A DNA stretch of 64,000 nucleotides from Candidatus Omnitrophota bacterium (GTDB taxonomy: Bacteria > Omnitrophota > Gorgyraeia > Gygaellales > Profunditerraquicolaceae): contig JAUYDL010000029.1 in NCBI GenBank assembly GCA_030691865.1, positions 4,721-68,720 of the forward strand, written 5' to 3'. How positions within the stretch are numbered: position 1 is the stretch's first letter; every line of letters begins with the position of its first letter. Both the position numbers and the translations under genes were made by a program. The notes below the pieces were generated by a model that ran no database searches, was not told the origin of the DNA, and worked only from the letters and a program-made list of their open reading frames with translations. Shown one piece after another: positions 58,427 through 64,000 of the stretch.

Positions 58427-59406
58427 GCCTGATTAAAATATTCCGCGTACCATTTGCCAGTTTTGCGAAGGCCTTCTCTTAGGCTATAGCTAGGCTTCCA
58501 GCCTAAAATGCGTCGGGCTTTTGCGGAAGAAAGATACTGTTTTTTTATTTCATATCTAGCTGTATTTATGATTTTATAATTTAATTTCTTTGCGCCGGGA
58601 TAAAATTTACCGATTTCCTTTAATAGTTTAATTACCGTCACCGGCTTCTCATCACTTAAATTAAAAGCTTCTCCGAAGAGTTTGCGCCTGGTCAATAGCT
58701 CAGCTATCCGAATATAACCAGCGACGATATCATCAATGTAAACATAATCGCGCACAAACTTTCCATCGCTGCGTATCTTTAATTTTTTATTTAAAACCAA
58801 ACTTCGCATGGCATCCGGTATAAGCCGGCTGAAATTAAAATCTCCCGGGCCGTATATATTGCCGCACCTGGTGATTGCTACCGGTAAATTATAGGTGTGC
58901 GCGTAAGTATAAGCGATCAGGTCAGCGCAGCTTTTAGACACGTCATAAGGGTGATTACCTTGTAATGGCGCATCTTCCTTATATGGTAAATTTTTATGGG
59001 CTCCGTATGCCTTATCGCTTGAAGCGATAATAATTGACTGAATATTTTTAGAATTCCTGCATGCTTCCAGAATATTCCAGGTGCCTTCGATATTCGCGGA
59101 AAAAGTCTTTAATGGATTAAAATGGCATTTACCTACAATCGCCTCAGCTGCCAGATGGAATACCAGATTAATTTTATTTTTATTTATAATCCTTTCAACT
59201 AATTTATAATTAACTACGCTGCCTTTAATTACAGCGATCTTCCCATAGTCAGCTTTAGTTAAAACAGTCTTTTTCCTTCTGACCTTGATATCTAAACCAA
59301 ATATTTTTGCACCCGAAGAGGCAAGCGCCTTAGTAAGATTAGAACCCAGAAATCCCTCAAAACCTGTAATTAATACTTTTTTGCCTTTCCAAAATTTATT
59401 ATTCAT
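58423..59406 (-). CDS. NDP-sugar 4,6-dehydratase (CDP-glucose 4,6-dehydratase RfbG-like).
   Basis: FWKGKKVLITGFEGFLGSNL...; the SDR YxxxK motif is present. Confidence 0.65.
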   Translation of the reverse strand: MNNKFWKGKKVLITGFEGFLGSNLTKALASSGAKIFGLDIKVRRKKTVLTKADYGKIAVIKGSVVNYKLVERIINKNKINLVFHLAAEAIVGKCHFNPLKTFSANIEGTWNILEACRNSKNIQSIIIASSDKAYGAHKNLPYKEDAPLQGNHPYDVSKSCADLIAYTYAHTYNLPVAITRCGNIYGPGDFNFSRLIPDAMRSLVLNKKLKIRSDGKFVRDYVYIDDIVAGYIRIAELLTRRKLFGEAFNLSDEKPVTVIKLLKEIGKFYPGAKKLNYKIINTARYEIKKQYLSSAKARRILGWKPSYSLREGLRKTGKWYAEYFNQA

Positions 59407-59415
59407 TACTCCTGC

Positions 59416-60192
59416 TTAATCCTTCCATTTTTTCCATGGCGCTTTACCCTCATCCCAGGACGCCTCTAACTCAGATCTGTCTCTTAATGTATCCATACAC
59501 TTCCAAAAACCATTGTGCTTAAATGCGGCTAGCTGTTTAGCATCCGCCATATCTTTTAAAGAATCAAATTCCCACACAGTTTCATCTCCACTGATATAAT
59601 TAAAAACTTCCGGCTCAAGCACAAAAAATCCACCGTTAATCCAAGAGCCATCGCCTTTGGGTTTTTCAAGAAAAGAATTAACCACCCCTGCTTCTTTCAT
59701 GCTTAAAGCGCCAAACCTTCCGGCAAGCTGCACAGCGGTAACGGTCGCGGATTTTCCGCTGGCTTTATGAAACTTCACCAACTCTTTAATATTAACATCA
59801 CTCACCCCATCGCCATAGGTCATCATAAATGTTTCATTGCCTATGTATTTACGAATACGTTTTAGGCGGCCACCAGTCATTGTTTCAAGCCCGGTATCAA
59901 CCAGGGTAATCTTCCACGGCTCAGATGATGTGGTGTGAACCTTAACCTCGTTTTTCTTTAAATCAATGGTAACGTCGCTCATATGCATAAAATAATGCGA
60001 GAAATATTCTTTCAGCATATAGCTTTTATATCCCAGGCAGATAATAAAATCATTAAAGCCAAAATGGGAATACATCTTCATAATATGCCAAATAATCGGC
60101 TTGTTGCCAATTTCCACCATCGGCTTAGGAATATTAGTAGTTTCCTCGCTAAGCCTCGTCCCTCTGCCACCTGCTAAAATGACTACTTTCAT
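59416..60192 (-). CDS. rfbF: Glucose-1-phosphate cytidylyltransferase.
   Basis: MKVVILAGGRGTRLSEETTNIPKPMVEIGNKPIIWHIMKMYSHFGFNDFIICLGYK. Confidence 0.85.
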   Translation of the reverse strand: MKVVILAGGRGTRLSEETTNIPKPMVEIGNKPIIWHIMKMYSHFGFNDFIICLGYKSYMLKEYFSHYFMHMSDVTIDLKKNEVKVHTTSSEPWKITLVDTGLETMTGGRLKRIRKYIGNETFMMTYGDGVSDVNIKELVKFHKASGKSATVTAVQLAGRFGALSMKEAGVVNSFLEKPKGDGSWINGGFFVLEPEVFNYISGDETVWEFDSLKDMADAKQLAAFKHNGFWKCMDTLRDRSELEASWDEGKAPWKKWKD

Positions 60193-60202
60193 CTGCCCTC
60201 CC

Positions 60203-61594
60203 TTAAGATGCTTCCTGAGCCAATCTTCTCATCTGGCCTGTCATATACAGCGGTAATGTTAATACCTTATCGCATAAGGATAGCTTCTCCTGCGAAAAAC
60301 GTATACCAAACGGAGGCTTCTTTTCTTTTATAAATAGTTTTAACGATTTAAGCGTGCCCGTTTTACCTGCTTTAACCTCCACCGGCAATATTAGAGAATC
60401 TAACGCCACAACATAATCAACCTCTGCTGAACTATTTTTTTTATCACGCGCCCAAAAAAACAGCCCGCGCTCTAAATAACTATCAGTTTGAGCCCTTAAT
60501 TCCTGGCCAATAAACTGCTCTGTTACGGCGCCGGCGTTAATCTGAATAAAATCATTCGTTAGTGTAAGCTTGGTTTGCAGGCCACAGGCATTCTGCATTA
60601 GGCCTACATCAAGAAAGTTTAATTTAAATTTCATTTCATTAATTTGCGCTTCCAAAGGAAGCCCTGAAGCGGCAGTCGCGTATACCGGATAAATAATACC
60701 GGCTAATTTTAAAAGGTTAAGTGCCTGTTTAATATCCCTTGATTTGCTGTCCGGATCAATATTCGAATACTTGATGCGATCCCCAACCAGGCGCGGAGCT
60801 TCATCTAATACCTTTTGCAAATATTTATGCTCGGAAGATTTAGCGTATTTCCCAAAATCACTCCGATACGTTTGAAGCAATGAATTCTGGATTCGCTGAC
60901 AATTTAAAAAATTCTTGCTTTCTAGATACTCTTTAACTACAGCCGGCATGCCCCCCACAATAAGGTATATCCGCAACAGATCCAACAATTTCTTATGCAC
61001 CGCGCCATCGATTACGCTATTCAAGCTTATCTGGCCCAAATAATGACGCAACTGCTCATTCCCCGAAGCCGTTAAAAACTCAAGCCATGATAAAGGCTCA
61101 AGATATATAAACTGAACTCTGCCTACCGGCATTCTAAAATTTGAATTGTTAAGGGCAAATTCCATCAATGAACCTGCCCCGATAACAGCAAGTTTATTGT
61201 ACTTTTCCTTGAAATACCGCAGAGCCATTATCGCGTTTGGGCATTCCTGTATCTCATCAAGAAAAAGCAATGTTTTCCCTGCTTCTATGGTTTGACCCGT
61301 AAGCAACTGCAATTTATTAATAATCTCAATAGGATCAAGCGTAGTGAAACACTGCTTAAGTTCAGGCCTAAATTCGAAGTTGACGACAACTAAATTTTTG
61401 AATGCCTTCTTCCCAAACTCTTCTACAATATAACTCTTGCCTACTTGCCGCGCGCCTCGCAATAATAAGGGCAACCTATCAATACGCTCTTTCCAATTAA
61501 ATAAATCATTCTCTATATCTCTTTTCATAGTATATCCTTTCCAACTATGGCTAATATCCAAGGATATAATATAACAATTTTGGCTATAATACAA
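60203..61594 (-). CDS. AAA+ ATPase with a C-terminal DUF4143-type domain (COG1373).
   Basis: LLLRGARQVGKSYIVEEF (Walker A). Confidence 0.6.
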   Translation of the reverse strand: MYYSQNCYIISLDISHSWKGYTMKRDIENDLFNWKERIDRLPLLLRGARQVGKSYIVEEFGKKAFKNLVVVNFEFRPELKQCFTTLDPIEIINKLQLLTGQTIEAGKTLLFLDEIQECPNAIMALRYFKEKYNKLAVIGAGSLMEFALNNSNFRMPVGRVQFIYLEPLSWLEFLTASGNEQLRHYLGQISLNSVIDGAVHKKLLDLLRIYLIVGGMPAVVKEYLESKNFLNCQRIQNSLLQTYRSDFGKYAKSSEHKYLQKVLDEAPRLVGDRIKYSNIDPDSKSRDIKQALNLLKLAGIIYPVYATAASGLPLEAQINEMKFKLNFLDVGLMQNACGLQTKLTLTNDFIQINAGAVTEQFIGQELRAQTDSYLERGLFFWARDKKNSSAEVDYVVALDSLILPVEVKAGKTGTLKSLKLFIKEKKPPFGIRFSQEKLSLCDKVLTLPLYMTGQMRRLAQEAS

Positions 61595-61632
61595 GGTAAA
61601 TCGGACATTTCCTTATTAGATGAGTTCATATT

Positions 61633-62865
61633 TTACACTTCACCTTTTTGCTCTGAATCAAACTTAGAATACAAGGCAACCGTCAATCCCAACACAACCC
61701 AAAAAAGAAAGCTCAGCTGAAAAGAATACAGATGGACTTCAAAAAAACTGTGCACCAAGAATCCCAACAATCCCGCAGTTAGGCCAACCAAAAGAAAATA
61801 GTTTAGCGACCTGGCAGCACTTAAGCTCACTTTAATACTTCGATAAAAAACATACCCCACAAACAAAAGAAAACACAATAAAGAAAAAATCCCTGACTCA
61901 GCCCACATCTGAAGATAGCAATTGTGTGCATAATAAGTACCGAAATTATTAGTGTAGAAAGCACAGTAATCCATAAAAGTTCCAACCCCCTTACCGAGAA
62001 AAGGATTTTCTTTAATCATTCCCCAAGCACCGTGAGAAAGAATAAATCTATTGCTATCCCCTCTATTCCGAAAGAAAAATAAAGCAAACCCTATTAACGG
62101 CACACAGAAAACATAGCTAAATGAAAACAAAACCCAAAATACTTTTTTCAAACGGCAATAATTAGTTAACAGGGTTACAAAAATTAAACCTGATATAATA
62201 CCTAACCACCCACCTCTGCAAAGAGTCCAAAAAGAAGACAGAATAAGCATGGCGGTAATCAAAAGAAGGCACAATTTGGCCACAAGGCCATGGTTTGGCT
62301 TCCTATAGCCAAAGCCATAACCAAAACCAAAACTCAAAACAATAGGAATAACACAGCTTAAATACGCTGCCAAACCATTTTGATTTTTAAAAGGGCCTAT
62401 ACTAGGTACCGAAAAACCACCTGAAACTCTCCCTCTCAAGAATTCAAACCCAAGAAACTTTTGCGTAAAAACTGTAAGCCCCACCAATGTTGCGCTGAAC
62501 AAAAAAACATACACTGCCTTAACAATGCGCCTAGCATCCTGGAATGTATCAATTATTGCCCAAAGAAACAAAGGAAACCGGCCCCATTTCATAAAAAGCA
62601 CTTTTAAACTTTTACCAACTAACGGCCCGCTGTTAAGCAGCGATAAATCCATAAAAACAAAAAAAGCCAAAAGAAATAAAAACAACACCTTATTAGCTTT
62701 TATACTGGTAAAATCCGGGGACAAAATCTTCTTAATCAAAAAGAATACGATTGCCATGCCGGCAAAAGTCCCAATCATGGTTATAGAAATGGGGATGGAA
62801 AAAATCACCCCGTAAATCAAATATTCAACTGCTACGTCTAAAAATCTTAATATTTTTAATTTCAT
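61633..62865 (-). CDS. O-antigen polymerase/ligase-like polytopic membrane protein (Wzy-like).
   Basis: 410 aa with 10 or more transmembrane segments. Confidence 0.5.
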   Translation of the reverse strand: MKLKILRFLDVAVEYLIYGVIFSIPISITMIGTFAGMAIVFFLIKKILSPDFTSIKANKVLFLFLLAFFVFMDLSLLNSGPLVGKSLKVLFMKWGRFPLFLWAIIDTFQDARRIVKAVYVFLFSATLVGLTVFTQKFLGFEFLRGRVSGGFSVPSIGPFKNQNGLAAYLSCVIPIVLSFGFGYGFGYRKPNHGLVAKLCLLLITAMLILSSFWTLCRGGWLGIISGLIFVTLLTNYCRLKKVFWVLFSFSYVFCVPLIGFALFFFRNRGDSNRFILSHGAWGMIKENPFLGKGVGTFMDYCAFYTNNFGTYYAHNCYLQMWAESGIFSLLCFLLFVGYVFYRSIKVSLSAARSLNYFLLVGLTAGLLGFLVHSFFEVHLYSFQLSFLFWVVLGLTVALYSKFDSEQKGEV

Positions 62866-64000
62866 AGCGATATTATCTCATGCAATTTCTTAACCGTTCC
62901 CAGCCCATCCATTACATTTACTATCCTTTCTAATTCTTTTATTTTACGCCTTAATACCCGCGGGTCAAAATAATCCGACTGGGCAATATAGATCTTATCC
63001 GCCTTAGTAGCTTTATCCTTTTCGCTATTTAACAAGGTCTCCTCAAAAAGTTTCTCTCCCGGCCGCAGGCCAATAAATTTTATCTTTATGTCTTCTTCAG
63101 GCACCAGGCCATGAAGAGAAATCAACTCTTTTGCCAAATCCAATATCTTAATCTGCTCCCCCATATCCAAAATAAATATCTCTCCTGCCTTGCCCATGGC
63201 CCCGGCCTGCAAAACAAGCTGGCTTGCCTCATTAATACTCATAAAGTATCTTTTAACTTCAGGATGAGTTAATGTTACGGGGCCGCCTTCTTCAATCTGT
63301 TTCTTAAATAAAGGGACAACGCTTCCATCAGAACCTAATACATTTCCAAACCTAACCGCCATAAATTTAGTCTTACTCATTTTAGCCTTAGACTGCAAAA
63401 CCATCTCCGCTATCCTTTTGGTAATACCCATCACACTTGTCGGGTTTACCGCTTTATCCGTAGAAATAAGAATAAACCTTTCTACCTTGTAATGATCCGA
63501 GGCGTAGATAAGGTTTCGGCTTCCAATAATATTATTCTTTACCGCTGACACAGGATTCTCTTCCATAAGGGGGACATGCTTATGGGCTGCCGCGTGGAAT
63601 ACAACTTGCGGCTTATAAAGCGAAAACACACTCTTCAGCAGGCCTATATCTTTTATATCCCCGATTATAGTTCTAAACTTAATCTGGGGGTATTTTGTCA
63701 AAAATTCAATCCCTAAATAATAAACATCATTCTCATTATGGTCAAATAACAAGATCTCCCTGGGGCTAAAATTCACTATTTGCCTGCAAAGAGCTGAACC
63801 TATCGAGCCGCCCGCGCCGGTAACCAAAACTACCTTCCCGGATAGGTAACCCTTAATCTCATTTTCATTGATATTAACTGTCTCTCTGCCAAGAAGATCT
63901 TCCGGCTTAACATCTCTGGGCTTAACTTCTAAATCGCCATTGAGTATCTTTTGTAAGCCCGGAACTATCCGGATTTTTACAGAAGGTATTTGGCAATTTG
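62862..64000 (-). CDS. Polysaccharide biosynthesis protein CapD/PglF/WbpM-like NDP-sugar 4,6-dehydratase. Partial: the N-terminus lies beyond the window end.
   Basis: GKVVLVTGAGGSIGSALCRQI... The frame is open upstream of the reported Met as far as position 64000. Confidence 0.75.
   Translation of the reverse strand, partial: NCQIPSVKIRIVPGLQKILNGDLEVKPRDVKPEDLLGRETVNINENEIKGYLSGKVVLVTGAGGSIGSALCRQIVNFSPREILLFDHNENDVYYLGIEFLTKYPQIKFRTIIGDIKDIGLLKSVFSLYKPQVVFHAAAHKHVPLMEENPVSAVKNNIIGSRNLIYASDHYKVERFILISTDKAVNPTSVMGITKRIAEMVLQSKAKMSKTKFMAVRFGNVLGSDGSVVPLFKKQIEEGGPVTLTHPEVKRYFMSINEASQLVLQAGAMGKAGEIFILDMGEQIKILDLAKELISLHGLVPEEDIKIKFIGLRPGEKLFEETLLNSEKDKATKADKIYIAQSDYFDPRVLRRKIKELERIVNVMDGLGTVKKLHEIISL

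Overview
This 64-kb window comes from a low-GC bacterial genome, probably an uncultured diderm, since a heptose/LPS-core pathway is present. Every credible gene is on the minus strand, giving complete co-orientation over roughly 70 genes.

From low to high coordinates the content is:
- A 5'-truncated-by-window SMC gene whose Walker-A P-loop is interrupted by a 546-aa intein carrying a LAGLIDADG homing endonuclease. The ORF track missed this because the ORF runs off the window edge.
- A small excisionase-type HTH gene immediately upstream of smc.
- A bcd-etfB-etfA operon in which EtfA is fused to a ferredoxin domain.
- A GNAT gene, glgC, marC and an MFS (BT1-like) transporter.
- A gap-pgk-tpiA-secG operon.
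- Two tandem GalT paralogs, one with an altered active site.
- A RhuM-family gene, fmt, and a priA with degenerate helicase motifs and an in-frame repeat insertion.
- An LPS-core/heptose block: GT28, gmhB, GT2, DegT, GT9 heptosyltransferase, a GT2-GT9 fusion, a WaaL-like ligase and a deacetylase.
- A mosaic defence/TA island with three AbiEi/AbiEii-like regulator + nucleotidyltransferase pairs, a metallophosphoesterase and an XRE regulator, flanked by degenerate gene-fragment scars.
- A large deoxysugar tailoring cluster built on a CDP-glucose pathway (rfbF, rfbG-like, rfbH/ddhC-like). It also holds a YerE-like ThDP enzyme, four radical-SAM enzymes (three cobalamin-binding), methyltransferases, a NeuB-like/cupin fusion, a sugar-1-P nucleotidyltransferase-GT2 fusion next to a GT-C membrane transferase, and a Wzy-like protein.
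- A 5'-truncated-by-window capD/pglF-like dehydratase at the far edge.

A 17-bp-stem palindromic REP/MITE-like element of the form AAAGGGGACGGTTCTATTTTT-loop-AAAAATAGAACCGTCCCCTTT occurs eight times in the first 25 kb, with the loop in either orientation. It sits almost exclusively in the tight intergenic gaps between co-directional genes, and once in-frame inside priA.

No rRNA, tRNA or CRISPR array was recognised.
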